The notes: a model not told the origin generated them from the letters alone. 50,247 nt of DNA from an uncultured Clostridia bacterium (GCA_947305675.1 CAMZED010000002.1:1-50247), one strand, 5' to 3'; positions 1 to 8,907 are shown, numbered from the stretch's first letter. A program made the numbers and translations.

Positions 1-168
1 ACTGTAGCGTCCCGTGCAGGCGCCTACTTCAAGGATGCATGGATTTGAAATGCCATCCAGACATTCTTATATTTATTTCATCGTGGTAAGATATTCCACC
101 TGCCCGTGTCGGGAAAGAAGACGCCCTTCCTCGTAATAATTGTTGTAGTATTCTTCAAGATAATTCAT
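1..168 (-). pseudogene. Class I SAM-dependent methyltransferase-like gene, N-terminal part, interrupted by two in-frame TAA codons; runs off the window start
   Basis: An ATG at 168..166 is preceded by GGAGG. Translation is MNYLEEYYNNYYEEGRLLSRHGQVEYLTTMK*I*ECLDGISNPCILEVGACTGRYS. The YYxxYxExGRL ... E[FY]xTT ... ILEVGAxTGRYS pattern is the N-terminus plus SAM motif I of small methyltransferases. In-frame stops lie at 75..73 and 69..67. Confidence 0.45.
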
Positions 169-618
169 TTTTTCCTCCGAAACTGCGGTTTGTCGCCCTA
201 ATGAAGACATTCGCGTTCACTCGCTGATGAATACGGCGGCTTTTTACCCTACGGAATTGCGTTCCGCGGGGAGAAAAGGCGGCTTTATTAATTTGTTTTC
301 ACCATTCTTTTTTTGAATTTCAAATATTTTACGAGATTTATTATTTGAACGGAGAAGTCCATGGAGATATCGGCAAGTTTGTTTTCTTTCATTCTCACGT
401 TATCCTTTTTGTTTAATTATATCATGTTTGAATGCAAAAATCAATGATGTCGCCGCTGCAGCGGCTAATGATGTTTCTTCGCTGCGCTCAGAAATGATGC
501 AGATCGCTGCGCGATCAATGATGAGATGTTTGCCCCAATGTCCCGCAGGACACATCATCAGCGAAGCGGCATCATGCGCGAAGCGCACATCATTTGCCCG
601 ACAGGGCAAACATCATTG

Positions 619-647
619 AAAAAAGCACGCTTGCCGCGTGCTTTTTT
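619..647. terminator. Bidirectional rho-independent-type hairpin (A-run, gcacgc/gcgtgc stem, T-run)
   Basis: The sequence is aaaaaagcacgc-ttgcc-gcgtgctttttt. It abuts the duplicated tRNA 3' end. Confidence 0.5.
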
Positions 648-669
648 CTGGAGCAAGCGACGGGAATCG
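644..669 (-). repeat. 26-nt exact duplicate of the tRNA-Gly 3' end plus trailer (att-like direct repeat; partner at 820..845)
   Basis: ttttctggagcaagcgacgggaatcg is identical at 644-669 and 820-845. It covers CCA, the acceptor 3' strand, the T-stem 3' strand and part of the T-loop. The flanks diverge immediately on both sides. Confidence 0.7.
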
Positions 670-799
670 CCCGACTGCGGTCGGGCGGTGGTCGGCTCTG
701 ACTGCCGGGGTCCCCGAAAATCGAAGATTTTTGGGGTATTGAAGCGCCCCGGCGCATCATTCACTACCGACCCTTCGATTCCCGATTTGCGTTATACAC

Positions 800-823
800 A
801 AAAGGACCCTGATGGGTCCTTTT
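800..823 (-). terminator. Terminator hairpin directly after tRNA-Gly
   Basis: The sequence is aaaaggaccc-tgat-gggtcctttt, immediately 3' of the tRNA on the minus strand. Confidence 0.6.
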
Positions 824-824
824 C

Positions 825-898
825 TGGAGCAAGCGACGGGAATCGAACCCGCACGGTCAGCTTGGGAAGCTGAAGTTCTGCCACTAAACTACGCCTGC
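825..898 (-). tRNA. tRNA-Gly (anticodon CCC), CCA encoded
   Basis: The reverse complement is GCAGGCGTAGTTTAGTGGCAGAACTTCAGCTTCCCAAGCTGACCGTGCGGGTTCGATTCCCGTCGCTTGCTCCA. It folds into a 74-nt cloverleaf with a 7-bp acceptor stem, anticodon loop TTCCCAA and T-loop TTCGATT. Confidence 0.93.
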
Positions 899-913
899 CG
901 ATATACAGATATC

Positions 914-941
914 ATTATACGCAAAAATCCCGGTTTGTCAA
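914..941 (-). promoter_or_regulatory. Sigma-A type promoter for tRNA-Gly
   Basis: On the minus strand, TTGACA (941..936) is followed by a 16-nt spacer and TATAAT (919..914). The -10 box ends about 15 nt upstream of the tRNA 5' end. Confidence 0.65.
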
Positions 942-965
942 GAGTGTATTGCCCGGTTTTTTTGT

Positions 966-1703
966 TTATTGTTTTTGCCTCGAGATCATTTCTTTAAGCG
1001 AGTCGAGCGCGTCGCTCAGCCCGCCGACGGCGTCGATCAGCCCGCATTCGACCGCCTCTTTCCCCGAAAGCACCGTGCCGATATCCGCCGTCATATCGTC
1101 GGTCGCCGTCATAAGTTTCGTCACCGTTGCGGCGTCGGACCGTGAGTTCCTCACGATGAATTCGACTATTCTCGCCTGCATTTTCGCCAGATTTGCAAAA
1201 GTTTGCGGAACGCCGATCACCAGCCCGTTCAACCTTACGGGGTGCAAAGTCATGGTCGCGCTCGGCACGATAAACGACCTTTTTGCCGCGACGGAAAGCG
1301 GGACACCGATGGAATGCCCGCCGCCGATCACCAGCGATACCGTCGGCTTTTTCATTCCGGATATCAGCTCGGCTATCGCAAGCCCCGCCTCGATATCTCC
1401 GCCGACTGTGTTCAGCAGCAAAAGCAGACCGTCGATCTCATCGCTCTCTTCCGCCGCGACGAGTTCCGGGATGCAATGTTCGTATTTTGTCGATTTAGCG
1501 GCGGGCGAGGCGGCGAAATGCCCCTCGATCTGCCCGGCGATAAGCATCGACCTGACGGAGAATCCCCTGGTTTTCAACGTGACTCCGCCGTCGGGAGCAA
1601 AGCGGGCAAACTCTGCGCCGATTTCCGTTTGGTCGGCTGGATAACCCGCGCCGTACGGCGCTTCCGGCGCGTTTTGCACCGAAGGATCAACGTATTCACA
1701 CAT
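966..1703 (-). CDS. tepA: TepA-like ClpP-family serine protease (translocation-enhancing protein)
   Basis: 245 aa. Motifs IEGHF, KSTKYEH, LNTVGGDIEAGLAIAE, KPTVSLVIGGGHSIGVP and ATMTLHPVRLNGLVIGVPQTF match B. subtilis TepA along the full length. AAAGGTG RBS. Confidence 0.85.
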   Translation of the reverse strand: MCEYVDPSVQNAPEAPYGAGYPADQTEIGAEFARFAPDGGVTLKTRGFSVRSMLIAGQIEGHFAASPAAKSTKYEHCIPELVAAEESDEIDGLLLLLNTVGGDIEAGLAIAELISGMKKPTVSLVIGGGHSIGVPLSVAAKRSFIVPSATMTLHPVRLNGLVIGVPQTFANLAKMQARIVEFIVRNSRSDAATVTKLMTATDDMTADIGTVLSGKEAVECGLIDAVGGLSDALDSLKEMISRQKQ

Positions 1704-1824
1704 ATTTTTTCACCTTTACCGTTTTTTATTGATTATTCCCTGATCCTGTATGATAAATACCGGGGATAAAAAGGCAAATCGATGCAAATAATAACCAAAC
1801 AAAGATCATGCGGGGTAAACAAAA

Positions 1825-4800
1825 ATGCAAAAACTGTCTGCAAAAACGCTTGAACGTTCTTTTAAGACCATAAAACGCGCCGTTTCGGGCGGAGCCGACT
1901 GCCCTGACTGGATAAAAGACAATTTCCATATAATTTCCGAAAGATACAAACAGGCGGTTTCGAACAAACAGACCTTTAAAAACCCGACGCTGGCGGCGGA
2001 AGTCGCAAAACTTGTCCCGAGCGAAAGGATGGTCGAAGACCTTGCGGCAAAACTGCCCGAAACAAATAAGGGTGAAACGCTTGCCGAACTTCGCTCCTGC
2101 GGGGATATCGCCTCGGCGGCGGCGATAATCAAGATCGCGGAGGAGATGTCTTCCGGCGGCGAAAATATTCCCGACCTTGTAAAAACGCTGATTTCGGTCG
2201 GGGACGAGGATATCACTCCGTTGGTCGAGGCGCGCTGGAGGGCGGAACCCGTGCTTCGTTCGAGCGAACCGGGCTATGATACGTTTGCAAAGCCGACCAA
2301 AGACGCCTACCGCACAAAACTTGCCGAATATGCGAAAAAACGCGGCGTTACCGAAACCGCGGCGGCTGAATCGCTTGCCGAAAAGCGCAAAAAAGAAGGC
2401 GTTCCTCCCGGAAAAACGCTTTTCGCGCTGAGAAAAACCCCGGCGGTGCTGTGGGCGGTTTTCGCTTTTTCGGTATTTTTGCCGTTGGCGTTCGCCGCGT
2501 TCTGCTTTTGCGGTGCGGCGGCTTTTTTGCTGTTTTTCCCGATCGGCGCGGCTTCGGTTTATACTGCGGATTTCATATCTTCGCTCGTGACTCCCGCCGG
2601 GGAAGAGCTTAAAACGGAACTTGATGCGGTCCCCGACAGCGCAAAAACGCTCGTCGCCGCCGCGGCGCTGCTCAACGGAAGTGATTCCGACGAAAAACTG
2701 TTTTCTTCGCTTTCGCGTTTCGCTTTTATGAACCCCGACAAAAACGTATATTTCTGTCTGCTCGCCGACCTGCCCGATTCCGCCGAGCAATACAGGGTGT
2801 CCGACGCCGCGGCATTCGAGAAAGCGCGCACCGCCATAGACGCGCTTAACGATAAATTCGACGGGCGTTTCTGCCTTTTTATGCGGGAGCGCGAATTCAA
2901 CCGCAGCGAGGGCAGCTTCGGCGGACTCGAACGCAAACGCGGCGCGGTCTGCGCGCTGGTCGAGCACATAAAAACCGGAAAGTATTCCGATTGTTATTAC
3001 GGCGGCGATTTTATCCGCGGCGTGAAATATATTGTAACGTTGGATTCCGACACAAATATTTCCATCGACAGCGTAAAGGATCTTATATCCGTCGCCCTGC
3101 ATCCGCTTAACCGCCCGGAATACGGCGAAAACCGCGTATTAAGCGGATACGGAGTGATCCAACCGGCAATGCGTACCGAACTTAAAAGCGCCTACGCGAC
3201 CGGTTTTTCGCGGCTTACCTCGGGCGACGCGGGCGCCGACAGATACGCTTCGGCGTATTTTAAGCGAAGCCAGGATCTTTTCGGCAGCGGCAGTTTTTGC
3301 GGCAAAGGTCTGATCGACGTCGAGGCTTTTTGGCGTTATGTCTGCGGCAAACTGCCCGACGGGCTCGTGCTCAGCCACGACGTCGTCGAGGGCGGAATTT
3401 TGCGTACGCTCGGAGTATCGGACATATCGTTCACCGATTCGACCCCAAAAAACACGGTTTCTTATTACCGCAGGCTTCACCGCTGGATGCGCGGCGATTT
3501 TCAAAACCTTTATTTCGTCTTTTCAAAGCGCCGCAAACTGCTCCCGGCGATAGCCAAATGGCGGATCCTGCTTTCGGTCCTCAGGCACGCGGTCCCGGTG
3601 TTCGCGGTGTTGGGAGCGATCCTGCCCGGCGACGTGCAAACCGGCGGATTCGTAAAATTCCTGCTGGCTTATTCCTATCTGTTCCTGCCCAACCTGCTTT
3701 ACGTTTTGCGCTATCTGCTGCGCGGAACGCCTTTCGCGGCGTTCAGATATTTTTCAAAGACGGGATCTGTCGCGGTGCAGACCGCCACACGCACGTTTTA
3801 CGGTATATCGTCTTCCTGCCGTCAGGCGTTTTTGACGGCGCACGCTTATATACTCGCCGCATACCGGATGGCGGTGCGCAAAAAAACGCTTGAATGGACC
3901 ACGGCGGCTCAGACGGAACAGCTCGCCCACGGGTTGGGAAAATATGTGCTCGACGGCTTGTTTTCGTTCTTGTCGGGGCTTTTGATAATGATATTCGCGC
4001 CGATACCTTTCGCCCGGTTCGCCGGACTGCTGTTTTTCATCTATCCGCTTGCGGCGGCGGTGCTTTCCCGCCCGATCGGCGGCGGCGACGAGTTTTCTGT
4101 GCCGCTCAGCGCAAAGCAGAAAGAAATATTAAAAGCCCACGCAAAGGATATGTGGCGCTTTTATTCCGACAGCGTAACCGAATCGACTTCGTTCCTCCCG
4201 CCCGACAATATACAGCTTTCTCCGGTGGCGAACACCGCCATGCGGACGTCGCCGACAAACATCGGCTTTTATCTCGTATCCGCTATGGCGGCTTGCGATT
4301 TCGGATTCATAAGCGAAAAGGAACTCTATTCAAGACTTTCGGATACGCTTGATTCGGTCCTTGCTCTCGAAAAATACCGCGGAAATCTTTATAACTGGTA
4401 CGATCTTACAAATTGCGAGGTCATCGGCGAAAGATTCGTTTCGGCGGTCGACAGCGGAAACTTTGCCGTGATGCTCTCGGCGCTCAGAAGAGGCTTGCTT
4501 TCCCGGGAGCGCGGCGAAGAACGAAGCGCGCTGATAAAAAAATGCGACTCGCTGCTTTGCGGCACAGACCTCAACGCGTTTTACGACAAAAAGCGCGATC
4601 TGTTCTTTATCGGCTGCCGCGACGGCGGCGATACCGAGGGGATCGGTCATTACGATATGCTTATGAGCGAGATGCGAATGACATCTTATTACGCCGTTTC
4701 GAAAGGAGCCGTCGGGAAAAAGCATTGGCTTCGGTTGGGGCGCACTGTCACGGCGAAAAACGGCTATATAGGAATGCTCAGCTGGTCCGGCACCGCTTTT

Positions 4801-7800
4801 GAATATCTTATGCCGCAGTTGTTCCTGCCGCTTTACCGGGATTCGTTTATATACGAAAGTATTGCGTTCGCGGTAAGTATGCAGAAGTCGGCGGGCAGGA
4901 TCTGGGGCGTAAGCGAAAGCGCTTATTACGCTTTTAACGGCGATATGCATTACCAATACAAGGCGAACGGGATCCAGGCGCTGGCGCTTCGCCGCTGCGG
5001 ACCCGACGAAAAAGTCGTTTCGCCCTATTCTTCCTATCTTGCGCTTTCGATCTGTCCTTCAGCCGCGTTGAAAAATCTGGACCGGTTCGCAAAAAAGGGG
5101 TTGTACGGTAAATACGGGATGTACGAGGCGCTCGATCTTAACTCCGGCGACGGGATGGCGGTCAAATGCTATATGGCTCACCACGTCGGTATGAGCATTA
5201 TCGCCTGCCTCAACGCCTGCTTCGACGGGCTGTTTATCAAACGTTTTATGGGAGACGGGCGGACCGACGCGGCTTATGAACTGCTTACCGAATCGGTGCC
5301 TCAGGCGCCGGGCGTTTTCAAAGGAGTCGGCGGCGTCTGCTCGCGACGGGGCGAAAAGCGCCCCGCGATACCCGGAGTGCGCGCCGGCGAACCGAACGAG
5401 CTTTCGCCATCGGTCGCCGTGCTTTCAAAGGGCGATCTCACCGCGGTCATAAGCGATATCGGGCATATCGGACTTTACCGCGGAGAAAAACTGATTTCTC
5501 ACACCGAGTTTTTCCGCCAAAGCCCGCGCTTTACGCCTAAGGTGATGTTTTTAAGGGGCGGGAAGGTTTTCGACTGCACGAAAATATCCGGTGCGGACAT
5601 GCTTCGGTTCGGGTTCGAGCGGGGAAAAGACCACGTCTGTCACATCGCCTCGGGCGAGGGGTTTTCGGGCAGGGTGAAGTATTCTTTGTCGAAAAGCGGC
5701 GATTGCTTCGTTATCGAGACCCGCGCCGAATCGATAAAAAAATACGACGTTATGCTGGCGTTCGAGCCGGTGATGGAAACCCGGCGCGATTACCTTTCGC
5801 ACCTCTCTTTCAAAAGGCTTTTTGTCGAAAGTTCGTTCGACGCTTCAGCCAACGTGCTTTATTTCCACCGCCGCAGCGGCGGCGACGGAAAGCATATTTT
5901 CACCGTGGCGGTCGCCCCGCGTGATAAAAACGCAAAAATAAAGTTTGCTTCCGACCGCAGTCCTTTTTACGCTTCATCCGACGGCGGAACGGAGACTTTT
6001 GCCTCGCTCGGGCTTATGAACGTCGCCGCTTCGGCTTGCGTTTCGCCTTACTGCACAATGAAAATATGCTCCTGCGACGGAGGCCACGCCGCTTTCCTTA
6101 TCGCCTGCGGAGAGACGAAAGAGGAATGCCGCCGAAGCATCCGCGCGGCAAGGTGCGATCTGCGCGGCGCGGGATCGCTTGCCGACCGTACCGCCGAATC
6201 GCTCGCCGCGGCGATACTTTACGGCGGAAGCATAAGACCCGGCGACGGATCCGGCGCTTTCGGAATAAACGATATCTGGTCGCTCGGCATCTCCGGTGAT
6301 CTGCCGCTGATCACCGTTCAGGCGAAACGCCCCGAGTTCGAGAGGGCGCTGGCGGTTGTGCGCTCGTTTATTTCGCTTGCGCGTTCCGGCGTAAGATGCG
6401 ATCTTGTGTTTGTCGCCGATGACGGCGAACTTTACGGGCGTCCGGCGGAAAGATCCCTGCGCGAAGCCGTTGCGCGCGGAGGCGGAAACGGGTATCTCGG
6501 GTACCGTGGGGGAATATTCATAGTGCGCTCCGGGGATCTCGGTGAAAAGAAAATTGCGGGACTGAAAGCGGTTTCGAATGCGGTGTACGATCTCGATTCC
6601 GCCGCTTCGTTTCCTAAACCGGTTTTACCTTCGCCCGAACCGGTAATATCTTCGCCGCCGGAAAACCGGTTTTTCCGCGTGCCGGATGGCGCGATCGAAG
6701 CGGGAAACGGATATTTTCTTAACGGGACTTATACCGTGGACAAGACCAAACCGCTTAAAAATCCCTATACTTTTGTGCTTACCGGAAGAAGGTTTTCCTC
6801 GGTGCTCACGCAAAGCTCGCTCGGAGTGACGTTTTACGCCAACGCTCACGAGTGCCGGATAGGATCGTTTTTCGGAGACTCTTCGACAAATGATATCGGC
6901 GAACGGCTTATTATCCATTCCGGCGGCAAAAGGTACGATGCCTGTGCCTGCGCTTACGAGGTGACTTTCGGCAACGGCAGGGCGGTGTATAAAGGGATCG
7001 CGGGAGGCGTCGAATACTCCGTCACCGCGGCGGTTTGTGAAAAATATCCGCTTAAACTTATAAAACTCGAAAGTTCCGGGGCGGTCAAAGCCGAACTTGA
7101 GCTTATCCCTTCGATGGGCTCTTCGGTCGCGCCGCAGGACGGGATCGAATCGTCGGCGCGCAGCTGTATGGGGAACGCCTGCGTTTTCGTCCGTTCTCCG
7201 CTCAGCTCCTCGTTTCCCGACGGGCGCGGGTTTATCGGCGTATGTTCCGGCGTTTCGGATTCCGCCGCCTGCCGCGTTTCCGCCGAGGGCACCGACCTTA
7301 AATTTTTCATCGGCGCGTGTTCGACTCTTGCCGGAGCCTACGCCGTCGCTTCAAAACCCGGAGAAGCATTTTTCGATTCGCAGTTGGAGAAAGCTTCGCG
7401 GTTCGCCGCTTCGCTGACGCCGGATATAAAAATATCCACCGGAGATCCGCTGCGCGATGAATTCATAAACGTATTCGTGCCTTATCAAGTCGCGGCGTGC
7501 CGATTCTTTGCGCGGGGATCGTTTTATCAAAGCGGCGGGGCTTACGGCTTTCGCGATCAGCTTCAGGACGGATTATCGCTGGTCTATACTCTGCCGGGTT
7601 CGGTACGCGACCATATAATCCGCTGCTGCGCACATCAGTATGAATCCGGCGACGTGATGCATTGGTGGCATCCTAAATGCGCCGGATCGCCCGAACGCGG
7701 CGTAAAGACGCGCTGCTCCGACGACCTTCTGTGGCTTCCTTACGCCGCCGCCGATTACGTTGCACGCACCGGTGACGTCGGCTTGCTCGGGGAAGAGATT

Positions 7801-8874
7801 CATTACCTCTGCTCGCCTCCGCTGGGCGAAAAAGAAAGCGAACGTTACGAGACCGCCGTTATCTCACCCGAAAAAGAAAGCGTTTATCTTCACTGCGTAA
7901 GGGCGTTCAGGCGCGCCGCGTCAAAAGGCGCGCACGGGTTGGTGCTTATGGGTTCCTGCGATTGGAACGACGCTTTCTCGCTCGTCGGCGAAAAGGGGCG
8001 GGGCGAAAGCGTGTTTTCAACGTTACTGTATATCGTCGCCGCCGAAAAGTTCATTCCCCTTGCCGAAAGGCTTTCCGACAGAGCGACAGCCGATTACCTC
8101 GCCGCGCGGATAAAAGGTTACCGCGACGCGATCGAAAAACACGCTTTTTCGGGTGACCGGTTCGTCCGCGCATTCTTGGATGACGGGACCGTTCTGGGTG
8201 CGGCAGGGTGCGGCGAATGCGAGATCGATATTATTTCGCAAGCCTGGGCTGAGTTCGCCGGTGCCGGAAAAGGACGCGTCGAAAAAGGGCTTTCCGCCGC
8301 GTATGAAAGGCTTTACGACGCCAAAAACGGGTTGTTCAAACTGTTTGATCCGCCTTTCGCCCGGGGGAACGCGCGTGTGGGCTACGTGCGCGGATACGCC
8401 GCCGGCCTGCGTGAGAACGGCGGACAGTATTCCCACGGGACGCTTTGGGGCGCTTTGGCAATGCTCAAAGCCGGAATGACTCAACGTGCGCTTGAACTTT
8501 TTGCCTGCGTCGAGCCGTTCGCACGTATAAAAGGCATTGAGGATTACGGTCTGGAGCCCTATGCCGTCGCAGCAGATATCTACGGCGGACAACGCGCCGG
8601 GCGCGGCGGCTGGAACTGGTACACCGGCGCCGCCGCCTGGTATTATAAGGTCGCGCTGGAGGGATTTATGGGGATCGAGCTTACCGAGGGCGGAAAAAAG
8701 ATAAGTGTAAAAGCAAAAACCGCCTATTCCGCAAGCATCGGCGTTCCGGGCGGACGGCTTACGGTCATTTCCGCTTTCGGGAACGGACCGGCGCGGCTCG
8801 ACGGGGCGGAAGTGGAATTCCCGCTTGCGGTCTCCGAAGGAGAACACCTGCTTGAAGTCCCGGTTGAACCTTAA
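1825..8874 (+). CDS. Cyclic beta-1,2-glucan synthase-like multidomain protein: N-terminal region, TM segments, GT84-type glycosyltransferase, (alpha/alpha)6 cyclization-type domain, C-terminal GH94 phosphorylase-type domain
   Basis: 2349 aa. GT motifs are VTLDSDTNI and RWMRGDFQN, with several hydrophobic spans. The middle region contains PPDNIQLSPVANTAMRTSPTNIGFYL ... LYNWYD. The C-terminal region contains GFRDQLQD, GDVMHWWHP, CSDDLLWLPY and WYTGAAAWYY, typical of the GH94/Cgs-NdvB family. Confidence 0.8.
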   Translation: MQKLSAKTLERSFKTIKRAVSGGADCPDWIKDNFHIISERYKQAVSNKQTFKNPTLAAEVAKLVPSERMVEDLAAKLPETNKGETLAELRSCGDIASAAAIIKIAEEMSSGGENIPDLVKTLISVGDEDITPLVEARWRAEPVLRSSEPGYDTFAKPTKDAYRTKLAEYAKKRGVTETAAAESLAEKRKKEGVPPGKTLFALRKTPAVLWAVFAFSVFLPLAFAAFCFCGAAAFLLFFPIGAASVYTADFISSLVTPAGEELKTELDAVPDSAKTLVAAAALLNGSDSDEKLFSSLSRFAFMNPDKNVYFCLLADLPDSAEQYRVSDAAAFEKARTAIDALNDKFDGRFCLFMREREFNRSEGSFGGLERKRGAVCALVEHIKTGKYSDCYYGGDFIRGVKYIVTLDSDTNISIDSVKDLISVALHPLNRPEYGENRVLSGYGVIQPAMRTELKSAYATGFSRLTSGDAGADRYASAYFKRSQDLFGSGSFCGKGLIDVEAFWRYVCGKLPDGLVLSHDVVEGGILRTLGVSDISFTDSTPKNTVSYYRRLHRWMRGDFQNLYFVFSKRRKLLPAIAKWRILLSVLRHAVPVFAVLGAILPGDVQTGGFVKFLLAYSYLFLPNLLYVLRYLLRGTPFAAFRYFSKTGSVAVQTATRTFYGISSSCRQAFLTAHAYILAAYRMAVRKKTLEWTTAAQTEQLAHGLGKYVLDGLFSFLSGLLIMIFAPIPFARFAGLLFFIYPLAAAVLSRPIGGGDEFSVPLSAKQKEILKAHAKDMWRFYSDSVTESTSFLPPDNIQLSPVANTAMRTSPTNIGFYLVSAMAACDFGFISEKELYSRLSDTLDSVLALEKYRGNLYNWYDLTNCEVIGERFVSAVDSGNFAVMLSALRRGLLSRERGEERSALIKKCDSLLCGTDLNAFYDKKRDLFFIGCRDGGDTEGIGHYDMLMSEMRMTSYYAVSKGAVGKKHWLRLGRTVTAKNGYIGMLSWSGTAFEYLMPQLFLPLYRDSFIYESIAFAVSMQKSAGRIWGVSESAYYAFNGDMHYQYKANGIQALALRRCGPDEKVVSPYSSYLALSICPSAALKNLDRFAKKGLYGKYGMYEALDLNSGDGMAVKCYMAHHVGMSIIACLNACFDGLFIKRFMGDGRTDAAYELLTESVPQAPGVFKGVGGVCSRRGEKRPAIPGVRAGEPNELSPSVAVLSKGDLTAVISDIGHIGLYRGEKLISHTEFFRQSPRFTPKVMFLRGGKVFDCTKISGADMLRFGFERGKDHVCHIASGEGFSGRVKYSLSKSGDCFVIETRAESIKKYDVMLAFEPVMETRRDYLSHLSFKRLFVESSFDASANVLYFHRRSGGDGKHIFTVAVAPRDKNAKIKFASDRSPFYASSDGGTETFASLGLMNVAASACVSPYCTMKICSCDGGHAAFLIACGETKEECRRSIRAARCDLRGAGSLADRTAESLAAAILYGGSIRPGDGSGAFGINDIWSLGISGDLPLITVQAKRPEFERALAVVRSFISLARSGVRCDLVFVADDGELYGRPAERSLREAVARGGGNGYLGYRGGIFIVRSGDLGEKKIAGLKAVSNAVYDLDSAASFPKPVLPSPEPVISSPPENRFFRVPDGAIEAGNGYFLNGTYTVDKTKPLKNPYTFVLTGRRFSSVLTQSSLGVTFYANAHECRIGSFFGDSSTNDIGERLIIHSGGKRYDACACAYEVTFGNGRAVYKGIAGGVEYSVTAAVCEKYPLKLIKLESSGAVKAELELIPSMGSSVAPQDGIESSARSCMGNACVFVRSPLSSSFPDGRGFIGVCSGVSDSAACRVSAEGTDLKFFIGACSTLAGAYAVASKPGEAFFDSQLEKASRFAASLTPDIKISTGDPLRDEFINVFVPYQVAACRFFARGSFYQSGGAYGFRDQLQDGLSLVYTLPGSVRDHIIRCCAHQYESGDVMHWWHPKCAGSPERGVKTRCSDDLLWLPYAAADYVARTGDVGLLGEEIHYLCSPPLGEKESERYETAVISPEKESVYLHCVRAFRRAASKGAHGLVLMGSCDWNDAFSLVGEKGRGESVFSTLLYIVAAEKFIPLAERLSDRATADYLAARIKGYRDAIEKHAFSGDRFVRAFLDDGTVLGAAGCGECEIDIISQAWAEFAGAGKGRVEKGLSAAYERLYDAKNGLFKLFDPPFARGNARVGYVRGYAAGLRENGGQYSHGTLWGALAMLKAGMTQRALELFACVEPFARIKGIEDYGLEPYAVAADIYGGQRAGRGGWNWYTGAAAWYYKVALEGFMGIELTEGGKKISVKAKTAYSASIGVPGGRLTVISAFGNGPARLDGAEVEFPLAVSEGEHLLEVPVEP

Positions 8875-8880
8875 AAAACG

Positions 8881-8907
8881 CCGCGCCGGTTTCGGCGCGG
8901 TATTTTG
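8881..8907 (+). terminator. Rho-independent terminator after the glucan synthase gene
   Basis: The hairpin is ccgcgccg-gttt-cggcgcgg, followed by tattttg. Confidence 0.65.

Larger units (their letters stand above)
443..761. repeat. Cluster of about 9 units of (A)ATGATG plus a short GC-rich hairpin: 4 forward, then 5 inverted
   Basis: AATGATG occurs at 443, 467, 493 and 517. CATCAT(T) occurs at 553, 570, 588, 611 and 755. Adjacent stems: 452-465 gccgc/gcggc, 502-516 gatcgc/gcgatc, 539-552 tgtcc/ggaca, 576-586 gcgc/gcgc, 594-609 ttgccc/gggcaa, 744-755 gcgc/gcgc. The motif falls in different reading frames, so this is not a coding repeat. Confidence 0.6.

Noticed and set aside
288-392. A 34-codon minus-strand ORF (MKENKLADISMDFSVQIINLVKYLKFKKRMVKTN).
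   Set aside because: It is too short, has a weak RBS and shows no recognisable family. It may be a gene fragment in the degraded left-edge region but cannot be supported.
400-619. Two overlapping ORFs of 60-70 aa (400-609 on the minus strand, 428-619 on the plus strand) across the ATGATG array.
   Set aside because: They have no RBS, and the repeated motif falls in different frames within each ORF. The region is better explained as a non-coding hairpin and motif array.
526-997. ORFs at 526-873 and 812-997 on the plus strand.
   Set aside because: They run through the tRNA-Gly gene, its terminator and its promoter, so they are not credible coding sequence.
1726-3102. A 458-aa minus-strand ORF overlapping the 5' part of the glucan synthase gene. 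Similar antisense ORFs occur at 8023-8847, 18265-19857, 21729-22736, 26989-28404, 28693-29577, 32308-33291, 41352-42086, 43749-44894, 45062-45835 and 46395-47132.
   Set aside because: All lie antisense to, or out of frame with, genes that have strong family signatures. Their translations are R/G/A-rich and motif-free.
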